64,000 nucleotides of DNA. It comes from a virus. A program made the translations under genes and the position numbers. The stretch covers positions 30,592 to 94,591 of IMG/VR virus record IMGVR_UViG_3300008120_000012. One strand, 5' to 3'. Each line of letters begins with the position of its first letter. Positions within the stretch are counted from its first letter, which is position 1. Positions 39,670 to 48,802 of this stretch are shown here, in pieces. The notes beneath the pieces are model-generated. The model did no database searches. It was not told the DNA's origin and saw only the letters and a program-made list of their open reading frames with translations.

Positions 39670-40806
39670 ATGAAGTCATTTAAGAAAATCGCTCTCGCCA
39701 TGGTTGCAGCCATGACACTGGGCACAATTTCTGTAGCACCTGCAAGTGCTGCTGCCATGACACTAGCCGTAACGCTGAATGGTGCAGATAAGTCATCTGC
39801 AACTTCTGCTGCTGCAGCAGTGGCATTGCCAGTACCAGCAGACAACACTATTGGGGCACTAGAGGCTCTTAAGTTTGTCGCTACAGTAGACACAGGAACT
39901 TCTGTTTCTGTAACTGCAACAAACGCAACAATCGTAACCGCACTACATGATGCTGCTGCACCAGTAACTGCATCGTCTGGCTCTTCAAGCCTTACAATTG
40001 CAACTGGCACAGGAATCAACGCAACGTTCTATGTATATACTAAAACGACTGCTGTTGGTACTGTTGTAGTATCAAACCAAGGAACAACCTTTACATATTA
40101 TGTACAAGGAACTGCTGGTGGTATTCATACCCTAGCAGCATCAGCACCTTCTTCTGCACCAGCAGGAACTGTTCAGGATATTCTTGTAACAGCAACTGAT
40201 GTGTTCGGTAACAAGGTTGCTGGCAAGGTAATTGCTGGTCGTGTATTTGCTGCACAAGGAACACTTGCTGCTCCTGGTACTGCAACAACTGGATCAACAC
40301 TTGCTGACTTTGGTGTTGCAAAGTTTAACTTGACACTTCCAACAACTGGACGTGCTCTTGTTGAGTTTTCACTAAATAATGCTGCTGATGGAGCAACTGC
40401 TGTAGTTGGTCTACCAGCGCTATCTTTGACACCTGCTGTTGAGATCGTAACTCGTGATCTTGCTGCAGAACTAAAGGCTGCACAGGATGCACTTGCTGCT
40501 GAGAAGGCTGCTTCTGCAAAGGCTCTAGCAGATGCTAAGGCTGCTGCGGATGCTGCTGCTCTAAAGGCTGCTGCTGATTTGGTAACTGCTAATGCAGAAG
40601 TTGCTAAGTTGAAGGCTGAGGCTGTAACTGCTAAGGCTGCTGCTGACAAGGCACTTGCTGATGCAACTGCTGCACATGCTGCTACACTTGCGAAGGTAAA
40701 TGCAGATAATGCTGCTGCGATGGCTGCTATTAAGAAGGCATTTAATTCACTTGCTGTAAAGTGGAATAAGAAGAATCCTTCTGCAAAGGTTGCTTTGATT
40801 AAGTAA
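39670..40806 (+). CDS. secreted Ala/Thr-rich surface protein (signal peptide, Ig-like region, coiled coil)
   Basis: MKSFKKIALAMVAAMTLGTISVAPASA|A signal; ATDVFGN; Ala/Lys coiled coil. Confidence 0.75.
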   Translation: MKSFKKIALAMVAAMTLGTISVAPASAAAMTLAVTLNGADKSSATSAAAAVALPVPADNTIGALEALKFVATVDTGTSVSVTATNATIVTALHDAAAPVTASSGSSSLTIATGTGINATFYVYTKTTAVGTVVVSNQGTTFTYYVQGTAGGIHTLAASAPSSAPAGTVQDILVTATDVFGNKVAGKVIAGRVFAAQGTLAAPGTATTGSTLADFGVAKFNLTLPTTGRALVEFSLNNAADGATAVVGLPALSLTPAVEIVTRDLAAELKAAQDALAAEKAASAKALADAKAAADAAALKAAADLVTANAEVAKLKAEAVTAKAAADKALADATAAHAATLAKVNADNAAAMAAIKKAFNSLAVKWNKKNPSAKVALIK

Positions 40807-40815
40807 TCTAAACTT

Positions 40816-40856
40816 AAAGAGAAGGCGTAGATTAATTTCTACGCCTTTTTCTTTTT
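40816..40856 (+). terminator. intrinsic terminator
   Basis: aaggcgtaga-ttaatt-tctacgcctt followed by a T-run. Confidence 0.85.
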
Positions 40857-40903
40857 AATAAAATGGTATAATAGTTTTATTCTTATTATGAGGTGAAAGG
40901 AAA

Positions 40904-42868
40904 ATTAGAAAAACATTTAGAATATTAATAGCATTTTTTCTAGCCCTTGGCTGGACCTTAATTGTTCCAGAAAACGCTAATTCAAATGATCCTTTAGTAA
41001 TAGCACAACAAGAAATAAACAAACTTGAAGAAGATGTAAATAATCTAATAGATAAAACAAAAACATTAGAATTAATTGACATAGCAAAAACAAAATATAC
41101 AACTGCTGTAGAGGCAAAAAATGTATTTCAGATATCGCAAGGTATTTATAATGACGCTGTAGATACGTATGATAGCGCAATATTAGTTAAACAAGAAGCA
41201 CAATTAGCCGTAGATACACAGCAGCCAATAAGAGATTCTGCGTATGCTACTTTACAAAATAAACAAAATGCTTTGGATGTAGCCAATATAAACTTAGCCA
41301 TAGCCCAGTCTAACGGACAGCCAGCCACAAATAGCCTTAGTGCCTTCTTATACAACTGTTGGGATCCTTATAATACATATAACAATATGCCACCTCTAGG
41401 CTGCGGAACAGAGCCTATATCAATGGGTCCATGGTCAAACATTAACTTTAACTTTGGATCTGGCGGTCCTGCTGGGCTATATGATGATTATCAGATTAGG
41501 TGGTCTGGCTATATAAAGTCTACTCAGCATTGGACTCCACAATTTAGAACTTGTGGAGATGATGGAATGATATTAATTATTAACGGCAATATAGTTAGAA
41601 ATGACTGGTTTGATCGTGGTGGTGGCTGTGCTGGATCAACTGGTTATTATATGGAATCTAATGGATGGCTTCCCATAGAGGTATGGTGGTATGAAAATGG
41701 CGGGGGAGCCAATGGACAATTACAATGGGATATAGGCAATGGTTTTACTGCTATACCAAGTACTGTTTTTTCAATGTCTATACCGCTTGAAGACCCTAGC
41801 CTACCAGCAGCAATAGAGGCTCAAAATATAGCACAACAAGAATATAATCAGGCACTTGAAGCATATAATATTGAAAATAATAAATTGATTCAGTATAATC
41901 AAACCTTACAAACCTCACAAGAAAACCTCACACTTGCATCTGAAAACCTCACAACAGAAACACAAAACCTCACAATTGCACAAGGTAATTATGAAATTGC
42001 TATATCAGAAATGCAAATTGCAATTATTAATGCTCAAACAGAATACAACAATCAATTAGATTTTGAAAACAAGCAAAGGATTGCTGCTGCAATAGCACAG
42101 GCTTTAGCGAATCAACAAGCCTCTAATCCTACTCCAGAACCTACGCCATCTCCAGATCTTACAGAAGCACCAGAGTCCGAACCTTCTCCTACACCTACAA
42201 TAGATGAACCTACTCCATCTCAAGAGCCAACTCCAGAACCTACTTCTTCACCTGATATTGATCCAACACCTGAGACAACTCCAACGCCCGAACCCTCTCC
42301 TTCAAAGGACGAAGCATCACCTTCACCAGAACCCAATCCAGAGCCAAGCCCATCCCAAGACCAAACAGAAACCACAAAACCTGAGACATTACCAGAACCA
42401 TCTCCTTCCGAAAACAATACGACAAACAATGATACCACAAGTGATTTACTTAGAAAGTTATCTGATTTAACAAGCAAAGATACATTAACAAAATTAACAG
42501 ATGAGCAAAAAGAGGCTGTTGCTGGAACGCTGGGTATTAAGACAGAAGAGATAGCATTAGTGGCAGAGTTAGCAAAAGAAGATCCAGTTATAGCAGAAGC
42601 ATTAGAATCATTTGCAGAGAAGGCAGCAGAAAATAAAGATGCTCCAATGCCTTATACAATTGCAGACGCTATCACTGAAGCACAAGCAGATGAATTTTTA
42701 TCAAATCCAATAGGTGCATTAACAGATATAGATTTTGAAAAAGTTCTTAGTCCATCAGAATGGGGTAAAGATATGACGGATGACCAAAGAGAAAAGGTGC
42801 AAGAAATAGTAGTTTCTGCAATTATTGCAGGAAATATAGTTTCAGCATCAATGACAAGGAGGAAATAA
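40904..42868 (+). CDS. secreted/membrane PA14-domain protein with coiled coils and Pro/Thr/Glu linker; probable ATT start
   Basis: Frame open from 40892 with a signal peptide; PA14 motifs YQIRWSGYI, GDDGM, WWYENGGGA; PTPEP repeats. Confidence 0.75.
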   Translation: MRKTFRILIAFFLALGWTLIVPENANSNDPLVIAQQEINKLEEDVNNLIDKTKTLELIDIAKTKYTTAVEAKNVFQISQGIYNDAVDTYDSAILVKQEAQLAVDTQQPIRDSAYATLQNKQNALDVANINLAIAQSNGQPATNSLSAFLYNCWDPYNTYNNMPPLGCGTEPISMGPWSNINFNFGSGGPAGLYDDYQIRWSGYIKSTQHWTPQFRTCGDDGMILIINGNIVRNDWFDRGGGCAGSTGYYMESNGWLPIEVWWYENGGGANGQLQWDIGNGFTAIPSTVFSMSIPLEDPSLPAAIEAQNIAQQEYNQALEAYNIENNKLIQYNQTLQTSQENLTLASENLTTETQNLTIAQGNYEIAISEMQIAIINAQTEYNNQLDFENKQRIAAAIAQALANQQASNPTPEPTPSPDLTEAPESEPSPTPTIDEPTPSQEPTPEPTSSPDIDPTPETTPTPEPSPSKDEASPSPEPNPEPSPSQDQTETTKPETLPEPSPSENNTTNNDTTSDLLRKLSDLTSKDTLTKLTDEQKEAVAGTLGIKTEEIALVAELAKEDPVIAEALESFAEKAAENKDAPMPYTIADAITEAQADEFLSNPIGALTDIDFEKVLSPSEWGKDMTDDQREKVQEIVVSAIIAGNIVSASMTRRK

Positions 42869-43062
42869 TGAAGATACTTAAAGGCATACTAAACTATGCA
42901 TGGGAAGTAGTAAAGGAAAGCATTGCTCAAATATTTACCCTGCTTGGATTTTTTATAGCATGGCTAACCCTTACAGGCACTGCTCAGCAGGTAGTTGGAG
43001 TGGCTACTTTGGTTGCCACTGTTATTTGGCTTGCTACCATCCCGCTTAGAAAAGAAGATTAA
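42868..43062 (+). CDS. small two-TM membrane protein
   Basis: Two hydrophobic segments; coupled to the upstream gene. Confidence 0.65.
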   Translation: MKILKGILNYAWEVVKESIAQIFTLLGFFIAWLTLTGTAQQVVGVATLVATVIWLATIPLRKED

Positions 43063-43073
43063 TAACTGGTATA

Positions 43074-43397
43074 ATGAGCAATATGATAAGACTAGTATTA
43101 GTTTCCCTACTTGGATTAATGTTAACTGGTTGTGGCTACGACGGCCACTATCGTTATCCCTGCCAAGATCCAGTAAACTGGGAAGCCAAAGAGTGCAACC
43201 CACCACTATGTGAGGCCACAGGAACCTGTACAAAAGACCTGATTGGCTATGATCCAAATGAGGGTAAGGTAGAAGTAACAGAGGAAGCCCCAGAGGAAAC
43301 AAACTCTGATATAATTGAAGAGTCTAATGAAGCACCAGCGCCAGAAAACGTAGACAACATCAACAACATGGTTGATGATATTTCGGAAGGAAACTAA
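43074..43397 (+). CDS. lipoprotein
   Basis: Lipobox LTGC; Cys-rich YRYPCQDP...C...C...C; acidic tail. Confidence 0.7.
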   Translation: MSNMIRLVLVSLLGLMLTGCGYDGHYRYPCQDPVNWEAKECNPPLCEATGTCTKDLIGYDPNEGKVEVTEEAPEETNSDIIEESNEAPAPENVDNINNMVDDISEGN

Positions 43398-43403
43398 AAT
43401 AAG

Positions 43404-43775
43404 ATGGCTAAAACAAAATATACACCAGCAGAACTTGATGCACGATTAAAGTTTACATTGGGTATTATACTTGGATCTATTCTATTCTTTACTGCTATGG
43501 GAATTCTGTATGCACTTATTTTTGTTACCCAGCCAGTTGGTGGACAATCTGAAAATGATAAAATGTTTTTCAATGTTCTTGGATCAGTTGCTACGTTTAT
43601 TACAGGAACATTAGCAGGATTACTTATTGGTAAGAGTGGTTCAGATGCTATTGCAGAAACCATACAAACATCAGAGCCTGAAGAAGTTGTTCAAGAAGAA
43701 CCTGTTCAAGAAGGCAAGCCAGAAGGACAAATGCCTGATGAGCAAGATATAGATGAAGAATGGGATAAGGATTAA
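43404..43775 (+). CDS. two-TM membrane protein (holin-like candidate)
   Basis: Two TM helices directly upstream of the endolysin. Confidence 0.55.
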   Translation: MAKTKYTPAELDARLKFTLGIILGSILFFTAMGILYALIFVTQPVGGQSENDKMFFNVLGSVATFITGTLAGLLIGKSGSDAIAETIQTSEPEEVVQEEPVQEGKPEGQMPDEQDIDEEWDKD

Positions 43776-43777
43776 TC

Positions 43778-44350
43778 ATGGCAGAATTAGGAACAGCAGC
43801 AAAACTTATTGAGATTGCTAAGGGTGAAATTGGTACTATTGAAGGTCCAAAAGATAATGAAACAAAGTATGGCAAGTTTATGAAAGCAAACTTTCAGCCA
43901 TGGTGTGGATCTTTTGTTAACTGGTGTGCTGATCAAGCGGGGGTAAAAGTTCCTAATACTGTCTATACTCCATCAGGAGCAGCAGCATTTAAGAAGGCTG
44001 GTCGCTGGTATGATGCACAGATTTGTGACCCAGAGCCAGGAGACATTGCATATTTTGATTTCCCAGCAGACGGTGTAGATCGTATCTCACATGTTGGTAT
44101 TGTTATTAAAGATAATGAAGATGGAACTGTATGGTGCATTGAAGGAAATACCACTAACAAAAAAGGTGGAAGCCAAAGAAATGGTGGCGAAGTATGTAAG
44201 CAACTTCGTGCTTATAAGAAAAACAGCAAAGGCGTACAAGTTTCTATTGTAGGATTTGGTCGTCCTAAATTTAAAGGTGCTGCAGAAAAAACAGCCCCCG
44301 CTACAGCACAAGTGAAAAAATGTAGTAAATGCGGTCAAGAAATAAAATAA
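43778..44350 (+). CDS. CHAP-domain endolysin
   Basis: PWCGSFVNW, PGDIAYF, SHVGIV, IEGNT. Confidence 0.88.
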   Translation: MAELGTAAKLIEIAKGEIGTIEGPKDNETKYGKFMKANFQPWCGSFVNWCADQAGVKVPNTVYTPSGAAAFKKAGRWYDAQICDPEPGDIAYFDFPADGVDRISHVGIVIKDNEDGTVWCIEGNTTNKKGGSQRNGGEVCKQLRAYKKNSKGVQVSIVGFGRPKFKGAAEKTAPATAQVKKCSKCGQEIK

Positions 44351-44409
44351 TCTATCTTTGATATACCCCAAAATTCTGGTATACTTTTATAGAAGATATA
44401 GGGAGTGGC

Positions 44410-44928
44410 ATGACTTGTATTGCGGGTATAATGAAAGAAGGCAAGGTTTATCTTGCTGGTGAACGAGGGGCTTCAGAAGGTAATTATATAGTCCCAATAG
44501 ACAGACCAAAGATATGGAAAAACGGTCCATATATTTTTGGCTACGCAGGAACATTTGACAGCCAATTAATTCAATATAACTTTAATCCTCCTGCCCCAGA
44601 AGGAAATGTTGATAAATTTATGCATACTAAATTTTTAAAAGCATTAAAATCATTTTATACAGAATGGGATATTGGTGGAAAAGATTCAGAAGTATCTTTA
44701 CTTATTGGCATTAAAGGTAGATTATATGAACATGATGCCGTTGATCTTACATTGATTTCCTATGACAGAGACTATATTGCCATAGGATCAGGGGCAGACT
44801 ACGCTATGGGTTCTTTACATGCCACCCAAAACCATAAAGATCCAAAGCGTAGGCTTGCTCTTGCTTTAGATGCTGCATGTTATCTAAGCACGTCATGTAT
44901 TGGCCCAATTGACTTTTTGAATGGTTAG
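44410..44928 (+). CDS. Ntn-hydrolase, proteasome-beta/HslV-like protease
   Basis: N-terminal MTCIAG, PKIW, FGYAG, AIGSGADYAMG. Confidence 0.75.
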   Translation: MTCIAGIMKEGKVYLAGERGASEGNYIVPIDRPKIWKNGPYIFGYAGTFDSQLIQYNFNPPAPEGNVDKFMHTKFLKALKSFYTEWDIGGKDSEVSLLIGIKGRLYEHDAVDLTLISYDRDYIAIGSGADYAMGSLHATQNHKDPKRRLALALDAACYLSTSCIGPIDFLNG

Positions 44929-44943
44929 GTATACAATATATAT

Positions 44944-45147
44944 ATGAACCACATGAGTGAAGATTATTTATCTCCAGAAGAACAAGAATTTGGAATTTGG
45001 TTAACCAACGGCATTGAAAGAGGATGGATAAGCGGTCCGTACTGCCATACTCATGATGGTGGAACTCAATATATGAGTGAAGAAGAAATACAAGAATGGG
45101 AAGATGGCGGAGACCCATGTGAGCATGTTGTTAGAATTTTTATATAA
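44944..45147 (+). CDS. hypothetical phage protein (leaderless)
   Basis: CHTHDG...GGDPC; TTGACT-17-TACAAT ends 6 nt before ATG. Confidence 0.6.
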   Translation: MNHMSEDYLSPEEQEFGIWLTNGIERGWISGPYCHTHDGGTQYMSEEEIQEWEDGGDPCEHVVRIFI

Positions 45148-45164
45148 TAAAAGAATATTGGATA

Positions 45165-46109
45165 ATGAAAAAAAGTCGTAAAGTTCCAGATGGTAGTAGG
45201 GGAAAATTTAGAATAGTAAAAGATGGCTTATGTCATCATGCCCCATGGGATCAAGAAAAAACACATGACGAGAGTTATAAGTGTGACAAGCATTATGAAA
45301 ACTCAATTGGTATTTACACAAGGTCACTATTTTTTTTAAGACCATTAAAAGATATTTTAAAACTAGATAAACCAGTTGCAGATTTTCCAGGAGATAAAAC
45401 GCTTTGGCCAAATTATTTTGCAGATAGAAATACAGAAATTTTACAAGAAGAACTCAATAGCCATGGTTATAGATCAAATAGTTTTATAAATAAACATGAT
45501 GGAAAGCATGTATTGTTTTTAGGATGTTCTTATACTTGGGGTTCTGGATTATTTATAGAAGAAACTTGGCCTAAAATTGTATACAATAACATAAGTAACA
45601 ATGAAAAACTATCTGGATATTTCAATATGGCTTATCCTGGCGACTCTGTATTTTCTCAAGTATCAAATGCTTTTAAGTATTTTAAAAATTTTGGTAATCC
45701 GCAGGTTATTTTTTTCAATGTACCAGATTTAAATAGGTTTTATGGTTATTCAAAAACATCCAAGAGCATAGTAAAAATATTAACTGAGCAGAATGATAAC
45801 GGATTGATATCATTTTTAGCAGGACAATATTATTATATGTTAGAGCAATACTGTAATGCAAATAATATACAGTTGTTTTCTTTTAGTTGGTCATATGAAA
45901 ATAAAGAAATAAAGAATGCAGGAATTGAAGATTCTAAAACTTTTTATAAAATTAATATAAAAGACCTTTTTCATTTTACAAAACAATATAAAAAGGATCA
46001 TCATGGAGAAGACGCTTTAGAGTTAGCCAGAGATAATGCACATCTTGGAAGATCTGATCACGCATATTGGGCAAAGTTTATCACTGAGAAATATAGAGAA
46101 TCTCAATAA
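45165..46109 (+). CDS. SGNH/GDSL-like hydrolase
   Basis: NSHGYR, LGCSYTWG (block I), NMAYPG, DNAH (DxxH). Confidence 0.65.
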   Translation: MKKSRKVPDGSRGKFRIVKDGLCHHAPWDQEKTHDESYKCDKHYENSIGIYTRSLFFLRPLKDILKLDKPVADFPGDKTLWPNYFADRNTEILQEELNSHGYRSNSFINKHDGKHVLFLGCSYTWGSGLFIEETWPKIVYNNISNNEKLSGYFNMAYPGDSVFSQVSNAFKYFKNFGNPQVIFFNVPDLNRFYGYSKTSKSIVKILTEQNDNGLISFLAGQYYYMLEQYCNANNIQLFSFSWSYENKEIKNAGIEDSKTFYKINIKDLFHFTKQYKKDHHGEDALELARDNAHLGRSDHAYWAKFITEKYRESQ

Positions 46110-47536
46110 TGTATATATTGGGTATTAATGAAACATCTCATGATGCATCCGTATCTTTAATTAAAGACGGAGAAATACTTTTTGCAGGACATGCAGAAAG
46201 ATATAGTAAAAATAAAAATGACTGGTATGTTAATGATGAATTAATAAATGATGCTTTACAATATGGAAAACCTGATGCAATAGCCTATTATGAAAAGCCA
46301 TTGTTAAAGGCTTCTCGCTTATTCTTAAAAGGTGGTTTAGGAGATTGGAAACCTAAATATAATTTTGACAATATGATGCCAATATACAAATTTAAGCACC
46401 ACTATTCTCACGCAGCAGCAGGGTATTACACAAGTAAGTTTAATGATGCTGTAGTAGTAGTATTAGATGCAATAGGCGAGTATAACACTTCAACAATATG
46501 GGTTGGAGAAGGAAGCAATATAAAGTTAAAATACAAACAAAATTATCCAGTTAGTTTTGGTTTGTTTTATTCAGCATTTACCCAACTTATTGGCCTTATG
46601 CCAAACCAGGAAGAGTATATTATGATGGGTATGGCTGCATATGGGGACTGGCGCAGATATTATAAAGAAGTTGATGAATACTTCCCAAGATATGATAAAC
46701 AAAAATACAACCTACATACAGGAATATCTGATTGGGGAATGCAGATTACAGAACAAGATAGATTTGATATTGCTGCTGCAGTTCAAGTTGTATACGAGCA
46801 AAGATTAAACGAATTTATGCATATGGCAAAGAGCATAACTAATAAAAATAATTTAGTTTTTATGGGAGGATGTGCTCTTAATTCATCTGCTAACACACTA
46901 CTTTGGAATATTTTTGATGACGTTTGGATAATGCCAAATCCTGGAGATGCTGGCAGTTCTCTTGGAGCAGCAACAGCATTGTACGGCAAGCATGTAAATT
47001 GGAAAACACCATATTTAGGTTATGATTTAGGTGGAAAATATCCAGTTACTAAAATTATTACCAGTTTGATAAAGGATAAAGTCGCTGCAGTTGCGACAGG
47101 TAGAGCAGAATATGGCCCAAGAGCATTGGGTAATAGAAGTATTCTTGCAGACCCAAGAGATCCTAACATAAAGGATAAAGTTAATTTAATTAAACAAAGG
47201 GAATTATTTAGACCATTTGCTCCAGTAGTTATGGCAGAATATGCTAATAAATGGTTTGACATGGATTACGAAAGTCCATATATGCAATACACTGTAAAAT
47301 GTTTACAGCCAAATAAGATACCTGCAGTAGTGCATCAAGATGGCACTTCAAGAGTACAAACAGTCACAAGAGAGCAACATCCAGGACTATACGAAGTTCT
47401 TTCAAATTGGTATGTAATGACAGGTGTTCCAGTTTTATTAAATACTAGCCTAAATATTAAAAGTCAGCCATTAATCAATGATGAAAATGATATTATAAAT
47501 TGGGAAAAATCTTACAACTTTACAATATGTAGGTAA
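46109..47536 (+). CDS. O-carbamoyltransferase (NodU/CmcH family)
   Basis: HDASV, HHYSHAA, MGMAAYG, GPRALGNRS, RPFAP, DGTSRVQTV, LNTSLN. Confidence 0.93.
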   Translation: MYILGINETSHDASVSLIKDGEILFAGHAERYSKNKNDWYVNDELINDALQYGKPDAIAYYEKPLLKASRLFLKGGLGDWKPKYNFDNMMPIYKFKHHYSHAAAGYYTSKFNDAVVVVLDAIGEYNTSTIWVGEGSNIKLKYKQNYPVSFGLFYSAFTQLIGLMPNQEEYIMMGMAAYGDWRRYYKEVDEYFPRYDKQKYNLHTGISDWGMQITEQDRFDIAAAVQVVYEQRLNEFMHMAKSITNKNNLVFMGGCALNSSANTLLWNIFDDVWIMPNPGDAGSSLGAATALYGKHVNWKTPYLGYDLGGKYPVTKIITSLIKDKVAAVATGRAEYGPRALGNRSILADPRDPNIKDKVNLIKQRELFRPFAPVVMAEYANKWFDMDYESPYMQYTVKCLQPNKIPAVVHQDGTSRVQTVTREQHPGLYEVLSNWYVMTGVPVLLNTSLNIKSQPLINDENDIINWEKSYNFTICR

Positions 47537-47550
47537 TATGTTATAATATA

Positions 47551-47578
47551 TGTATACCTGCCCTAGTGGGGGTATACA
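47551..47578 (+). promoter_or_regulatory. hairpin at the 5' end of the hsp20 transcript
   Basis: tgtatacc-tgccctagtggg-ggtataca just after TGTTATAAT (47539-47547). Confidence 0.5.
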
Positions 47579-47604
47579 AAATAACTCGCTGAAAAGGAGA
47601 AAAA

Positions 47605-48024
47605 ATGGTTACAACATATGCATGGGACCTTTTCAAGGATCCCTTTTTTATTGGCTTCAATCGTGAGATGGAGCGTCTAAGTAATGTACAGTTGGCATCT
47701 CGCCAAACTTCATACCCACCATACGATCTAGTAAAGGTTGATGATGATACTTATAAATTGTCATTAGCGGTTGCTGGATTTGCTAAGGATGATATTGAGG
47801 TATCTGTTGACAATGGAACTCTGATTGTACAGGGTGAAGGCACAGATACTGAAGATGTTGAAGTAGTTCACAAAGGAATTGCTGGTCGTAAGTTTACACG
47901 TACCTTTGCCCTTGGTGAATATATGGAAGTTACTGGTGCTACCGTTAAGGATGGTTTGCTTAATATTGATATTGAGCGTATTATTCCTGAAGAGAAAAAG
48001 CCAAAAGTAATTAAAATCAAGTAG
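47605..48024 (+). CDS. small heat-shock protein Hsp20/IbpA-like
   Basis: YPPYDL, LAVAGF, HKGIAGRKFTRTF, DGLLNI. Confidence 0.93.
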   Translation: MVTTYAWDLFKDPFFIGFNREMERLSNVQLASRQTSYPPYDLVKVDDDTYKLSLAVAGFAKDDIEVSVDNGTLIVQGEGTDTEDVEVVHKGIAGRKFTRTFALGEYMEVTGATVKDGLLNIDIERIIPEEKKPKVIKIK

Positions 48025-48035
48025 TATAATATAAT

Positions 48036-48122
48036 AAGTCCCCACACAGGACCTTAGAGATGGATTAGTTACCCATTTATATAACCTGGCCATCGTGCCT
48101 GAATTACCTGTGTGGGGCTTTT
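48036..48122 (+). ncRNA. candidate rod-shaped small RNA
   Basis: TATAAT at 48025-48030; ccccacacagg/cctgtgtgggg closing stem; inner gatgg/ccatc stem. Confidence 0.5.
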
Positions 48123-48146
48123 AATTACTGATATAATTATCTTGCT

Positions 48147-48422
48147 ATGACTGAAAAAGAATTAGCAACATATAATAAGCAGCAATATAAAAAAAGATTG
48201 ACTGAGATTAAGCAGTCAAGTGGATGTGTTGACTGCGGAGAAAAGAATCCAATAGTTCTTGATTTTGATCATATAAAAGATAAAAAATATAATGTATCAA
48301 GAATGATTCATGATGGATTTTCTTGGGCAGCCATAAAAAAGGAAATAGCAAAATGCGAAGTTGTTTGTGCTAATTGTCATAGAATTAGAACTCATAGTAG
48401 ATTGACTGAAAAAGCAGTTTGA
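48147..48422 (+). CDS. HNH endonuclease
   Basis: CVDCG...DFDH...VCANCHRIRT. Confidence 0.85.
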   Translation: MTEKELATYNKQQYKKRLTEIKQSSGCVDCGEKNPIVLDFDHIKDKKYNVSRMIHDGFSWAAIKKEIAKCEVVCANCHRIRTHSRLTEKAV

Positions 48423-48437
48423 TGGTATAATATTAAT

Positions 48438-48638
48438 ATGGAATCAAACAAAAGAACACTTTTAAAAACAGCAAGTTGGGAAACCTTTCACCTAGTAGGT
48501 GTTGCAGGAGTAATTTATTTATTTACTGGTGAATGGGAATATGCAAGTCTTGGTGCTTTAATGTATATCGCATGGGAAGCACTTGGCTATTATCTTCATG
48601 AAAGAGTCTGGGCAAGATTTGGAAAGAAGATTAAGTAA
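48438..48638 (+). CDS. DUF2061-like membrane protein
   Basis: RTLLKTASW...YYLHERVW. Confidence 0.75.
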   Translation: MESNKRTLLKTASWETFHLVGVAGVIYLFTGEWEYASLGALMYIAWEALGYYLHERVWARFGKKIK

Positions 48639-48802
48639 TGTCAAAAAGAAAATCATCTGGAAAATATAGATCTAAACACCCTTTTAATCCAATGCAGATT
48701 AAAAATGGAATGATTGTTCGTCTTCGTAAAGATGGAACAGTTAAAGCAGTACTTGGTAAATATGGTGAGTATGGAAGGGAAAATGGTAATGCCAGCGTAT
48801 GA
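48638..48802 (+). CDS. small basic protein (54 aa)
   Basis: MSKRKSSGKYRSKHPFNP...; coupled stop/start with the upstream gene. Confidence 0.5.
   Translation: MSKRKSSGKYRSKHPFNPMQIKNGMIVRLRKDGTVKAVLGKYGEYGRENGNASV

Noticed and set aside
41910-41976. Repeated aaaacctcaca units (ENLT/QNLT)
   Set aside because: Mostly 21-bp spacing, consistent with coiled-coil heptad duplication; no evidence of a regulatory array
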